Origin: a virus
Lineage: Duplodnaviria; Caudoviricetes
Direction: 5' to 3' (one strand)
Virus record (IMG/VR): IMGVR_UViG_3300004241_000316
Coordinates: 1-35,219 of that record
Length of the DNA stretch: 35,219 nucleotides
Shown: in pieces, positions 7,759 through 17,390 of the stretch
How positions within the stretch are numbered: the stretch's first letter is position 1
Layout: every line of letters begins with the position of its first letter
Notes under the pieces: generated by a model
Database searches by the model: none
Told to the model about the DNA's origin: nothing
What the model saw: the letters and a program-made list of their open reading frames with translations, nothing else
Made by a program: the position numbers and the translations under genes

Positions 7759-8022
7759 ATGGATAACTTCAAGATTATTCAAGATAGCAGAGGTTATATT
7801 CTAATAAACACCGACGGAGAATATAAAAACCATGCACATTCCAAGAAACAAAGCACTTGTGAAATGTTAATACGGCTTATTGTCAAGAGGATAGTTCCTA
7901 AGAGTTCGTATTTAAGGAATAGCTGTTTAAGGCTGACTCTGGACGATGATTATAAAGACAAAATTGAGAGAAAGCAGGTAAAGGATAGACAAAAACCTGC
8001 TTATTTTTATATCAAAAAATAG
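7759..8022 (+). CDS. Phage hypothetical protein
   Basis: 87-aa basic ORF with AAGGGTG SD. Resembles hypotheticals recalled near clostridial phage packaging genes. Confidence 0.75.
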   Translation: MDNFKIIQDSRGYILINTDGEYKNHAHSKKQSTCEMLIRLIVKRIVPKSSYLRNSCLRLTLDDDYKDKIERKQVKDRQKPAYFYIKK

Positions 8023-8090
8023 GGTGAGGCATAAATACCTTATCTAATCAAAAATATTTGATTGTAAGTCATTGTAGGAGGTCGGTTTAG

Positions 8091-8249
8091 TTGCAAAATA
8101 CGGAAGTAAAATGTAAAACTTGCGGCAGAACATTATTTTTCATAAGAAACGGTGTACTTGAAATAAAATGCAGGGATGGGACAATTAAAAGAATTTCATT
8201 ATTAGAGTTATCATCCCTTAGAAATGGGTTGACAGTTATTAAAATATAA
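8091..8249 (+). CDS. com: Com-family (phage Mu Com-like) zinc-finger RNA-binding protein, 52 aa
   Basis: AGGAGGT SD (8076-8082) and TTG start. EVKCKTCGRTLF...GVLEIKCRD matches the Com pattern IRCxxCxxLL...IEIxCxxC, except that the fourth Cys is absent. Confidence 0.75.
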   Translation: MQNTEVKCKTCGRTLFFIRNGVLEIKCRDGTIKRISLLELSSLRNGLTVIKI

Positions 8250-8283
8250 GAGTTCCAGGAACGCCTAGAGCGTCGAGAGAGCC
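8250..8283 (+). repeat. Four GA(G/A)NN(C/T)C heptads at 9-nt period (Com-type binding array)
   Basis: GAGTTCC 8250, GAACGCC 8259, GAGCGTC 8268, GAGAGCC 8277. Confidence 0.7.
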
Positions 8284-8321
8284 TATTCATTGCCTTAACG
8301 GGTAGTGAGTAGGCTTTTTTT
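8280..8321 (+). terminator. Intrinsic terminator upstream of terL
   Basis: 15-bp stem AGCCTATTCATTGCC/GGTAGTGAGTAGGCT with G-U pairs, then a T-run. Confidence 0.8.
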
Positions 8322-8348
8322 ATTTGTCTAAAAAGGGGGTGGTACAAG

Positions 8349-9817
8349 GTGTATAGAGTAGACTTAAAAGCACTACCGAAACTCACTAACGAAGTCTATT
8401 ATCCGCTATATAAGAATCAAAACAGATATTTGGTTTTATATGGCGGAGCCTGAATGTTGGCTCCGGTAAATCTGTATTTGCCGCACAAAAGACAATAAGA
8501 CGTATGTTAGAAGAACCAGGACATAAGATACTTGTTGTCAGAAAGGTTGCAAAAACACATAGACAAAGTACATTTGCTTTGCTGTGTCAAATAATATCAG
8601 ATTGGAACCTGGGAGAGATATTTGAGATAAATAAGACTGAAATGGAGATACGTTGTATAAACGGCAGTCAAGTAATACATGCCGGACTGGACGATGTAGA
8701 AAAAATCAAGTCGATCCAAGGGATAACCTCAATATGGATAGAGGAAGCCAGCGAGCTTGAAAAAGCAGATTTTATGCAGCTTGACCTTAGACTTAGGGGT
8801 AAGTTGAAGTATTACAAACAGATAATTCTTACCTTTAATCCTATTTCAGTTACACATTGGCTTAAAGCTGAGTTTTTCGATAATCCCAAGGAAGATGTCT
8901 TCACTCTAAAGACAACGTATAAAGATAACAAGTTTATAGATGATGAATACATCAAGGTACTTATGGCATTAAAGGATACCGATGAATACTATTTCATGGT
9001 TTACGTTTTGGGTAATTGGGGTGTACTTGGTAAGACGATATTCGACCCTATGAAGGTAAACAGTAGAATATCTGAGGTAGAGAATATAAAGGTTAAGAGA
9101 ATAGGTTATTTCCTCTATAAGTACGAGAACGAGAGAATAGTTGATGAATCTATCAAGTTTATTGATGATCCTAGCGGCTTTATTACAATCTATCAAGATG
9201 CTGAGTTCGGACACCCTTATGTAGTAGGCGGTGATACTGCCGGAGAGGGTTCAGACTACTTCGCCGGACAGGTTATTGATAACTCTGATGGTAAGCAAGT
9301 TGCAGTATTGCATAACAGATTCGACGAGGATTTATATACAAAACAGATGTATTGCCTGGGAAAATATTATAATAGTGCGCTGATAAGCATAGAAGCTAAT
9401 TTTAGCACTTATCCAGTATTAGAGTTGCAGAGGCTTGGATATAACAAGCAGTATAAACGGGAGATAATGGATACCTATACAAACAGATACCAAGAAAGAT
9501 TCGGATGGAGAACGGACAAGCTTACAAGACCAATTATGATTTCAAACCTTGTACAGATAGTCAGGGAGAAAACAGAGTGTTTTAACGATAAAGATACTTT
9601 GGATGAAATGCTTACATTCGTAAGGAATGAAAATGGCAGAGCAGAAGCGCAAACCGGAAAGCATGATGACCTTATTATGGCTCTTGCAATAGCATATCAG
9701 ACAAGAGACCAACAGGACTACAATGTGAAATTCCATAAAGAAGAAAAGACACTTATACAAAAAGACAAACAGAAGCGAGCAAGAAGATCATTATTCGGTG
9801 GTAGAAGACTTGCTTAG
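8349..9817 (+). CDS. terL: Terminase large subunit (PBSX-family), reading frame interrupted by an 8-nt insert at 8451-8458
   Basis: GTG 8349 gives MYRVDLKALPKLTNEVYYPLYKNQNRYLVLYGGA*. The frame of the 8504 ORF gives GSGKSVFAAQK from 8459. Walker B WIEEASE, coupling motif TFNP, and nuclease motifs GGDTA and HDDLIMA are present. Confidence 0.92.
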
Positions 9818-9823
9818 AGCTGT

Positions 9824-10135
9824 ATGTACGTTTTAAAACCATTCAAGGAGGATCAAGAAAATAACATGAAAGCTAAATTAATGATATTACCATACAATTT
9901 GAGATGTGACATATCAAGATGCAGTAACAAAGCTAAATATTCTATAGGTAACCCCGACAGTAGCAAAGCGACACATTTTCACCTATGTGAAAGTTGTTTG
10001 AAGGAATTGGCTGAGACATTTCCCGATGAATTGAAACCTATAAAAGAGGTAATTAAAGAGGTTGAGAAGATAGTCGAGAGAGTTATAGAAAAGAAGGTTC
10101 CCGTACAAATAGAAAATAAGAAAAAGGGGAGATAA
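9824..10135 (+). CDS. Small zinc-binding hypothetical protein (start possibly ATG 9866)
   Basis: CDISRC...HLCESC motif; AAGGAGG at 9845-9851. Confidence 0.75.
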   Translation: MYVLKPFKEDQENNMKAKLMILPYNLRCDISRCSNKAKYSIGNPDSSKATHFHLCESCLKELAETFPDELKPIKEVIKEVEKIVERVIEKKVPVQIENKKKGR

Positions 10136-10140
10136 GATGA

Positions 10141-10332
10141 ATGGATAGATTAGATGTTCTTCTTATCGTATTAATTGCGCTTATTGAGGTAGCTCATTTT
10201 ATAGAACGGAGGGATTTATACAATAGAATAATGGCAAAAGACCTTACGGAATATCAGAAGGACAAGAAACCCCCAAAGCAGGTTGAAAACATTATCAAGA
10301 AAAACATGCGTAAAAACGTGCTTGGCGAATAA
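10141..10332 (+). CDS. Small protein with N-terminal hydrophobic helix
   Basis: 63 aa, SD present, packed between terL and portal. Confidence 0.75.
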   Translation: MDRLDVLLIVLIALIEVAHFIERRDLYNRIMAKDLTEYQKDKKPPKQVENIIKKNMRKNVLGE

Positions 10333-10355
10333 AAAGGGGAAAGGTGGTGGTGTAG

Positions 10356-12368
10356 ATGCCCGTATTTGAAGGATTAAGAAATACTGTAAGCAGGTTCTTT
10401 AATAATAAAGATCCTGCTTTAACTTTAAATGACGAAGAAAACACAAATATAGATGGGGAAGGTTCGAGTGCAGAAGAATTTGACGAAGAAGTAAAGAAAC
10501 AGTTATTAGTATCTTTCGTAAATAAGGAATTTGATAGGATGCAAAAGGAAAGGATGCCTTATGAATTACAGTGGCAGCTAAACAACAACTTTCTAAGGGG
10601 AAACCAATATTGCGACATTAACATGCAGACTCAAGGAGTACAGGAAATACCTAGACTTTATTGGTGGCAGCAAAGAGAAGTATTCAATCACATTGCACCA
10701 ATTTATGAAACCAGGCTTGCAAAGCTTGGCAGGGTAGACCTCTCTTTAAAGGTAAGACCTGCAACCAACGAGCAGAGCGACATAAATACTGCAAAGATAT
10801 GTACTGCCTTATGCAAGGGTACAATGCGGCAGCAGGAAATGCAGATAAAGACAAAAAAAGCTAACGCATGGAGTGAGCTTATAGGTACTGTACTGTATAA
10901 AAACACATGGAATACATCATCTGGCACGCAATTGGCCGTTATAGATGGTGATAATTTTTCAGAAGGTGGAATTGAGGTCACAATAGTACCAGCATATGAG
11001 TTCTATCCTGATTCTAATTTCTCTGAGGATATAGACACTATGCGGTGTTGCATACATGCAAAGGTATATTCGACCAATGAGATAGAAGAAAAATGGGGTG
11101 TAAAGGTTGAGGGCAGGGAAATACCTGTATTCAACTTAAAGAACAGCAATATTAGCCTTGGAGGGCTTGGATATACCGCAAGCATACAGACCGTTAACAT
11201 ATCTAAACAGAAAGATAGCGAAGTTGTTAAGGAATATTACGAAAATACGGCAAAGAAGTATCTCAATGGAAGGTTAATAATTGTGGCTGGCGAGACTCTC
11301 CTTTATGAAGGTGAATTACCGTCAAAGATAGGTGAACAGAGTAAAGTTGGAATACCTTTTGTGAAACAAGTATGTGTAGAAAATCCAGGTTATTTCTGGG
11401 GTACAGCAATCATTGAAAGATGTATTCCTATACAAAGAGCCTACAACGCGGTTAAAAACAGAAAACACGAATACTTAAACAGAGTTGCGATAGGTGCATA
11501 TTCAGTAGAAAACGGTGCTTTAGATACAGATGAATTGCAGGAAGATGGTATAAGTCCAGGTAAAATTGTCACGGTTGAAAGAGGATTCAATCCTCCAAGA
11601 CCTATAGAAAACGGAGTGTTACCATCTGTATTCCCAGACGAAGAAACTAAACTACTTAATGAATTTGTTCAAATATCCGGTGTATCTGAATTAAGCAGAG
11701 ATAGTACAGCTCCTTCAGGCGTTGGCTCAGGTGTAGCACTTGAGATATTGAAGGAACAGGATGATACAAGGTTAAGTCTGACGGCTGAAAATATAAGACT
11801 TGCAATAATCAAAGTCGGCAAGCATTGGTTAAGATTATCTAAACAATATGCTACATTCCCTAGAATGTTGAGATATATCGGTGATGATAACGATGTTGCA
11901 GTTATTGAGTGGGAAGCAAATGATATAACCTCTGATGATATAGTCATTGAGACTGAAAATGAACTTGCACAGACTCCGGCACAGAGGAAACAGATGGTAG
12001 TTGATTTATTACAATATGGCTTATTCAACAATCCTGAAACCGGAAACATTGATAAGAGCATGAGAGGTAAAATATTTGAAATGTTGCAGCTTGGCAATTG
12101 GGAGGCTGCAACAGAGCTAGAAAACTTACATGCTAATAGAGCTAATAAGGAAAATATCTATTTAAAGAAAGGCACAATACCACAAATACAAGAGTATGAC
12201 GAACACGCAATACACATAGTTGAACACAACAAGTATAGGCTTACAACCGATTTTGAGGAATTGGCAAGCCAGAATCTTGAATTGGTTCAACTTTTTAATA
12301 TGCACGTTAAGCAGCATGAGGCCTACATACAACAAGCAATACAGGCACTTAACATGCAACAGGAATAA
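10356..12368 (+). CDS. Portal protein (P22-like)
   Basis: 670 aa, located after terL. FNHIAP, IVPAYEFYPD, YFWGTAIIE and ISGVSELSRD...SGVALEIL motifs are typical of podoviral portals. Confidence 0.88.
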   Translation: MPVFEGLRNTVSRFFNNKDPALTLNDEENTNIDGEGSSAEEFDEEVKKQLLVSFVNKEFDRMQKERMPYELQWQLNNNFLRGNQYCDINMQTQGVQEIPRLYWWQQREVFNHIAPIYETRLAKLGRVDLSLKVRPATNEQSDINTAKICTALCKGTMRQQEMQIKTKKANAWSELIGTVLYKNTWNTSSGTQLAVIDGDNFSEGGIEVTIVPAYEFYPDSNFSEDIDTMRCCIHAKVYSTNEIEEKWGVKVEGREIPVFNLKNSNISLGGLGYTASIQTVNISKQKDSEVVKEYYENTAKKYLNGRLIIVAGETLLYEGELPSKIGEQSKVGIPFVKQVCVENPGYFWGTAIIERCIPIQRAYNAVKNRKHEYLNRVAIGAYSVENGALDTDELQEDGISPGKIVTVERGFNPPRPIENGVLPSVFPDEETKLLNEFVQISGVSELSRDSTAPSGVGSGVALEILKEQDDTRLSLTAENIRLAIIKVGKHWLRLSKQYATFPRMLRYIGDDNDVAVIEWEANDITSDDIVIETENELAQTPAQRKQMVVDLLQYGLFNNPETGNIDKSMRGKIFEMLQLGNWEAATELENLHANRANKENIYLKKGTIPQIQEYDEHAIHIVEHNKYRLTTDFEELASQNLELVQLFNMHVKQHEAYIQQAIQALNMQQE

Positions 12369-12387
12369 AAATATTGGAGGAATTGTA

Positions 12388-13407
12388 ATGACACAGATTA
12401 CTAAGTTCGATAATCCCGTATCCGTTGCAAACCCCTATACCCCTTCCATAAATTTGCAGCTATTCGCCGAGGAAGGTGGAGAAGTTGGTAACAGTGGTGA
12501 GATTCCTGCCGAAGCCGGAGAAACAGGTCAGAACGTAACTGATCTGAACGGTCAGGTGCAGGAATTTTTTAATGCCGCTATGAACCCCACTGCAAAACAG
12601 GAAGGACAAGCTAAAGAAGTTGTTAATGGTGGGACCGAGCAGACACCGGAAGAAACACCACTCATTTTAGGCAAGTTTAAGAGTCAGGATGACCTTGTAA
12701 AAGCTTATACAAATCTTGAAGGCTTCAGCACTCAGACAAGGCAGGAGTTGGCCCGTGTAAATGAACTACTGGAGAACCAAAAACCTGTAGAAAAAGTTGT
12801 TGATAAGCCAGAAGAAAATCCGGCAGAGCAATTAGACGAAGAAGCCCTTGCAGTTAAGAAAGAAGAAATTTTAAACAGATTTTATGAAGACCCTTTGAAG
12901 TTTATAGATGATATAAACAAAAATGCAGAAGCAAGAGCCGAAGAAATAGCCAAAAAAATGGTTGAACCAATATATCAGGAAAGAGAGCAATCCGCAAACC
13001 AAAAGAAATGGGATGGTATTGCTTCACAGTTTAAAGCAACACACCCCGATATGACTGACTACTCCGAGGATATGATTAAATTTTTGGATGACAACAAAGA
13101 AATTGCAGGGAAAGAAAACTCTATAGAGCTTGCTTATAACTATGCAAAGGGAACGAAAGCACAGAATCAGAAAAGCCCTGATGAATTACTGAATGATCCA
13201 GAATTCATCCAGAAGGCAATCAGCAATGAAAATTTCAGAAATGAAGTGTTGAAGGCTACTGCTGCCGGAGTAAAAAAAGGGGGTCCGCCTCCTGTAATAT
13301 CCGGTAATGTATCCGGTGGAAAACCTGTTGCAGTACCTCCGACACAAGCAAAGTCCTTTAAAGAAGCAGGACAAATGATGCTCAAAAGCTTAGGCTTGAG
13401 CAATTAA
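12388..13407 (+). CDS. Capsid scaffolding protein
   Basis: GGAGG SD and ATG at 12388. Acidic/coiled-coil, NLQLFA motif, GKFKSQDDLVKAYTNLE motif, between portal and capsid. Confidence 0.8.
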   Translation: MTQITKFDNPVSVANPYTPSINLQLFAEEGGEVGNSGEIPAEAGETGQNVTDLNGQVQEFFNAAMNPTAKQEGQAKEVVNGGTEQTPEETPLILGKFKSQDDLVKAYTNLEGFSTQTRQELARVNELLENQKPVEKVVDKPEENPAEQLDEEALAVKKEEILNRFYEDPLKFIDDINKNAEARAEEIAKKMVEPIYQEREQSANQKKWDGIASQFKATHPDMTDYSEDMIKFLDDNKEIAGKENSIELAYNYAKGTKAQNQKSPDELLNDPEFIQKAISNENFRNEVLKATAAGVKKGGPPPVISGNVSGGKPVAVPPTQAKSFKEAGQMMLKSLGLSN

Positions 13408-13435
13408 ATTTAAAAACGAAGGGAAATGATTATAA

Positions 13436-14605
13436 ATGATTACTATAGCAACAGTTGCAGATGCGTTCAAAACTTTTTATAAACCTGTAATTGTTGACCA
13501 GATGAATACAAAAGTAAATCCATTTATGGCAAGGATTGAAAAGAACAGCGAAGAAGTATTTGGATCAACGATAAAGATGGCTATGAGATATGGTGTAAAT
13601 GGTGGCGTTGGAAATAGGGCAGAAGATGGTGATCTCCCAAGCCCGAACAACAGAAAATACAAGCAGGCAGAGTATGACACTAAAAACCTGTTTGGTACAT
13701 TAAGAATCACAGAGAAGTCAATAAGAGCTTCAGCAAATTCAGCAGGTGCATTTACAAAGCTCTTAGAGACTGAGCTTGACGGTTTGATGCAGGATGCTAA
13801 AATCAACTTTGGAAGACAGTTATTCGGTAATGGCACAGGCAAACTTGCTACTTGTTCTGCACACACCTCAGTAAATACTATTACTGTTGACTCAGTACAG
13901 TACCTTATTGAAGGTCAGGTAATCGATATTTGCGATGGAACTGGTACTGTAAAGACTGCTGCAAGAGAAATTACATCGGTTGATAGAACAGCACTTACCA
14001 TTATAATCAATGGTGATGCTGTAACAACCCTTGCAACTGATATACTGGCTATAAGCGGTTCCTATGGTTTGGAACTTACCGGACTTGGTTCAATATTTGC
14101 AACCTCTGGCAGCATATACGGATTAGACAGAGCAACCTACAAGTGGTTAATTCCTACAATCATGACTACAGTGGGTATAATCAGTGACATAAAGATAAAA
14201 AAAGGCTTCCATACTGCTGAAATAGTTGCCGATAGCTCACCAGACTTCCTTCTTACTTCTTATGGTGTTGAAAGGTCTTACTATGAGTACCTTGAAACGA
14301 CTAAGAGAAACGTAAACACAATGAAACTCACTGGCGGTTATACTGCAATTTCCTTCGATAACAAACCGTTGGTATCGGACAAGTTCTGCCCTGCAAGTAC
14401 TATGTATCTGCTTAATTCAGCAGACTTCATACTACACCAGATGGGTGAATGGGATTTCCTTGATAGAGATGGTTCAATTTTCAAACAGACAGCTAATAAA
14501 GCTGCTTGGGATGCTGTACTCGTTAAATACGGTGATCTTGGTTGCCGTAAACCAATAGGCCAGGTACAGTTTACAGGTATTACTGAGGATGACGGTGTAG
14601 CTTAG
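13436..14605 (+). CDS. Major capsid protein
   Basis: 389 aa, follows the scaffold, followed by a terminator. RQLFGNGTG and FDNKPLVSDKFCP...MYLLN capsid-like motifs. Confidence 0.88.
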   Translation: MITIATVADAFKTFYKPVIVDQMNTKVNPFMARIEKNSEEVFGSTIKMAMRYGVNGGVGNRAEDGDLPSPNNRKYKQAEYDTKNLFGTLRITEKSIRASANSAGAFTKLLETELDGLMQDAKINFGRQLFGNGTGKLATCSAHTSVNTITVDSVQYLIEGQVIDICDGTGTVKTAAREITSVDRTALTIIINGDAVTTLATDILAISGSYGLELTGLGSIFATSGSIYGLDRATYKWLIPTIMTTVGIISDIKIKKGFHTAEIVADSSPDFLLTSYGVERSYYEYLETTKRNVNTMKLTGGYTAISFDNKPLVSDKFCPASTMYLLNSADFILHQMGEWDFLDRDGSIFKQTANKAAWDAVLVKYGDLGCRKPIGQVQFTGITEDDGVA

Positions 14606-14618
14606 TAGTTTAAAAGGT

Positions 14619-14660
14619 GCCAGGATGAACGACATATTTTGTTTGTCCTGGCTTTTCTTT
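14619..14660 (+). terminator. Intrinsic terminator after the capsid gene
   Basis: GCCAGGATGAAC/GTTTGTCCTGGC stem plus TTTTCTTT. Confidence 0.8.
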
Positions 14661-14675
14661 ATGTGGAGGGTTAAA

Positions 14676-15062
14676 ATGAAAGTTCTCATGGAAAGCAATG
14701 TATTCAAGATACCGGAGAGGTTGAAGGAGATAGACAAAAGTTATTTTGTGATGTATGACAATGTTTCCGGTAAATTTGAAGTACATAGCACAGAAAATAA
14801 AGATAACAGTACCTATTGTCTGACTTTACCCTTTGAGGAATTGGATTGCCGGACGGTTGAATATGTATGGGAAACAAGGGCTGAAAATGCAAAAAAGCTT
14901 TGGGAAGAAATTAAAAGAAACAATGAAAAGCTTGAGATTGAAAATGCAAAGAAATATGCAGATTACATTAATTGCACATCAAAGGATATATATAGATACC
15001 TGGCTTCTAAGAGTGACCAGGAAACAATACCAAAAGATGCCTATAGTACGAGGTTTATGTAA
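14676..15062 (+). CDS. Phage hypothetical protein
   Basis: GGAGG SD before ATG 14676. The longer 14625 start lies inside the terminator. Confidence 0.75.
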   Translation: MKVLMESNVFKIPERLKEIDKSYFVMYDNVSGKFEVHSTENKDNSTYCLTLPFEELDCRTVEYVWETRAENAKKLWEEIKRNNEKLEIENAKKYADYINCTSKDIYRYLASKSDQETIPKDAYSTRFM

Positions 15063-15078
15063 AGGCAGGTGAGACTAA

Positions 15079-15612
15079 TTGATTTCAAAATATATTATTG
15101 AACATGCACAGTACCACGCTATACAGACAATAAGCACGGCGGTTGGATATGTTCTATTGAATGAAGCACTAAGGGAAGTTGCAACCGAATGCCCAAAAGG
15201 AAGGATACCGGATGATATAACTATAACTGCCGTTAGCAAAACATGGTATGTGTTACCTACGACATTTATTTCTATAGACAACGTAACTAACTCAGACAGT
15301 AAAGAAGTAACAGACTACGAGACAGATGGTGCGAGAATTAAATTTGAAGAAGATGGGACATACAAGGTTGAATATAAAAGGATGCCTGTAGAAATAGCAA
15401 AAGGGCTTGAATCCGCAGTGCCGGAGATACCCGAGTTATTCCACTCCAAGTTAAAGTTTTATATAGCTGCAAGGGTTAGAATGAATTTCAACCATGAAGA
15501 TGGAGAAGGCGCAAGGCTCCTAGCAGAGTTTTACAATGGGATACGAAGCGTTAATACAACTTTATCAAAGGGCAAGCATAAAAAGGTTATGCCAGCTCCT
15601 TTATGGCGGTGA
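15079..15612 (+). CDS. Probable head-tail adaptor protein
   Basis: 177 aa, AGGTGA SD. PEIPELFHSKLKFYIAAR adaptor-like motif; position after the capsid gene. Confidence 0.65.
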   Translation: MISKYIIEHAQYHAIQTISTAVGYVLLNEALREVATECPKGRIPDDITITAVSKTWYVLPTTFISIDNVTNSDSKEVTDYETDGARIKFEEDGTYKVEYKRMPVEIAKGLESAVPEIPELFHSKLKFYIAARVRMNFNHEDGEGARLLAEFYNGIRSVNTTLSKGKHKKVMPAPLWR

Positions 15613-15617
15613 TGTAA

Positions 15618-17375
15618 ATGGCTAAATCGAGCAGAGCGTTAGTGCCTTATACGGATTTCAGAGGCGGTATATCTGAGGTTGACCCCGATAATAAGAGAAA
15701 CAATGAGCTTGACGAAGGGGATAATATTGAACTTTCCAACAGAGGCGGCGGTTTTGCTTATAGACCTGGGACAATAAATATAAACTCCGTTTCGTATGCA
15801 AACGATATTGAGCAACTTATTGAATTTCCTTTGATAGATGGAACAGTAAAATTATTGGCGGTAAGAAATAAGAACTTGTATGACATTACGGATGACAGCA
15901 ATAATCTTCTTACTGCATTGAATAGTAACAATATTGCATATTTCTTTTTAAATAATAGATTTTACTTTGCCGATGAGTTGAGTTACAGAGTTTACGGTTA
16001 TTACAAGTACACAACTCAAAGCGGTACTGTGAGTTTAGCAATAGGTGACATAGTTAAAAACTATCCCGTATCAACACACGCTACACTACCTGGGACAGTC
16101 AAGCACTTCTACAAGACCATTGCTGCTATGACAAATATTGCCCTTGCGAGTGCCGATTATGGAGATGCAACAAAGTGGACAGATGTAACGGATGGTGTAA
16201 TACCCAATGATGTAAGAAATGTTGTAGCTGATGCTGACCTTACAAACAATATTACCCCTTTAGCGAAGTGTAAATATTTCGTTTATCATACAGGCTCACA
16301 TAGAATATTTGCTTCTGGCAATTCCGAAGATGCCGCAGCTCTGTATTATTCTGAAATTGATAAGCCTGACTTCTTTAAAGCAACTTCGATATTCTATCCA
16401 ACAAGAGGCGACGGGCCTGTAAGGGCTATGGTTCAGATATTGGATATACTGCTTTGTGGTTACGGTCATTCATGGTGGGGGTGGGAAGGCAAAGATGTTG
16501 CTACGGCAACATGGGGTAATTATCCTATACCTTATGGTGTTGTATCCAGCGATAGCCTTGTTATTACTCCAGGAGGATTTGCTTTCTTGTCATACGATGG
16601 TATTTATGATGTTTCAACTTCTCTGTTTAGCAGGGATATAGCATTAAACGCTGGAGAAAGTTTGATAAAGAAAATAAGTGATGAAAAGGTTGAAAAAAGG
16701 CTTGCAACAATAACGAATTTAGAAAACACGAAGGCTATTTTCTATGACAATAAATATTATCTGGCTTATTCAGATCTTGCTACAAAGATAAGGGACAAGA
16801 TTCTAGTATGCTATTGGGCTGATAAAAGCTTTGTCAGATATACAGGCATTAAGGCTAATTGCTTCTTAAGAACATATAAAAATGAATTGCTGGTAGGTTC
16901 CCTTAATTGGGTATTAAAGTTTGATAAAAACGAACAGAACGACATAGACGATACAGGAGCAGCAAAGGCTATAAACCTACATGTGGAAACGAAGTCATTC
17001 AATTTTGATAACCCTATTAGTCGAAAGATATTCTATAGGTTTTTCATATGGAGCAGCCAAAATGTTGACCAAGGAAATGAGTTAAAGATTAATTTAAGGA
17101 TAGATTTTGCCAATACTTTTTTTGACGTTGACTTGAATAGTGCTTCGTTTATATGGGGAACTCCTTGGGGCGGTGTATGGGGTACTGCCGACATAGCCCC
17201 ACAAGAAGCTAGTCTAAGAGAACTAGCATTAAAGGGTATAAGGTGCAAGGTAATATTTGATAGCAATTATATTAACACAAAAAATACCGTAGTTGTCTAC
17301 GGTATTGCTTTTGAGATTGAACATTTAACAGCAAGAGCCGCACAAATAGACTTAGGTTATAATCTTTTAAGTTAA
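15618..17375 (+). CDS. Probable tail hub/nozzle (stabilisation, tubular-B-like) protein
   Basis: 585 aa, beta-rich. DFRGG N-terminus, RPGT and LYYSE motifs; position typical of podoviral nozzle genes. Confidence 0.7.
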   Translation: MAKSSRALVPYTDFRGGISEVDPDNKRNNELDEGDNIELSNRGGGFAYRPGTININSVSYANDIEQLIEFPLIDGTVKLLAVRNKNLYDITDDSNNLLTALNSNNIAYFFLNNRFYFADELSYRVYGYYKYTTQSGTVSLAIGDIVKNYPVSTHATLPGTVKHFYKTIAAMTNIALASADYGDATKWTDVTDGVIPNDVRNVVADADLTNNITPLAKCKYFVYHTGSHRIFASGNSEDAAALYYSEIDKPDFFKATSIFYPTRGDGPVRAMVQILDILLCGYGHSWWGWEGKDVATATWGNYPIPYGVVSSDSLVITPGGFAFLSYDGIYDVSTSLFSRDIALNAGESLIKKISDEKVEKRLATITNLENTKAIFYDNKYYLAYSDLATKIRDKILVCYWADKSFVRYTGIKANCFLRTYKNELLVGSLNWVLKFDKNEQNDIDDTGAAKAINLHVETKSFNFDNPISRKIFYRFFIWSSQNVDQGNELKINLRIDFANTFFDVDLNSASFIWGTPWGGVWGTADIAPQEASLRELALKGIRCKVIFDSNYINTKNTVVVYGIAFEIEHLTARAAQIDLGYNLLS

Positions 17376-17390
17376 GGTGGTGAAATAACA

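Noticed and set aside
8229-8257. Promoter from the perfect TTGACA inside the com-like gene
   Set aside because: No -10-like hexamer at 16-18 nt spacing.
8451-8453. UGA plus hairpin as selenocysteine insertion or simple stop read-through
   Set aside because: The downstream TerL sequence is in a different frame; read-through yields only MLAPVNLYLPHKRQ and a stop.
8451-8458. Group I/II intron or intein in terL
   Set aside because: Only 8 nt, with no catalytic RNA core or intein motifs. At most it could be a scar.
8504-9817. ORF-track start at 8504 as the real TerL start
   Set aside because: It would omit the adenine-binding region and Walker A, which are encoded at 8349-8473.
12220-12387. N-terminal extension of the scaffold ORF
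   Set aside because: It overlaps the portal 3' end and lacks an SD; GGAGG precedes ATG 12388.
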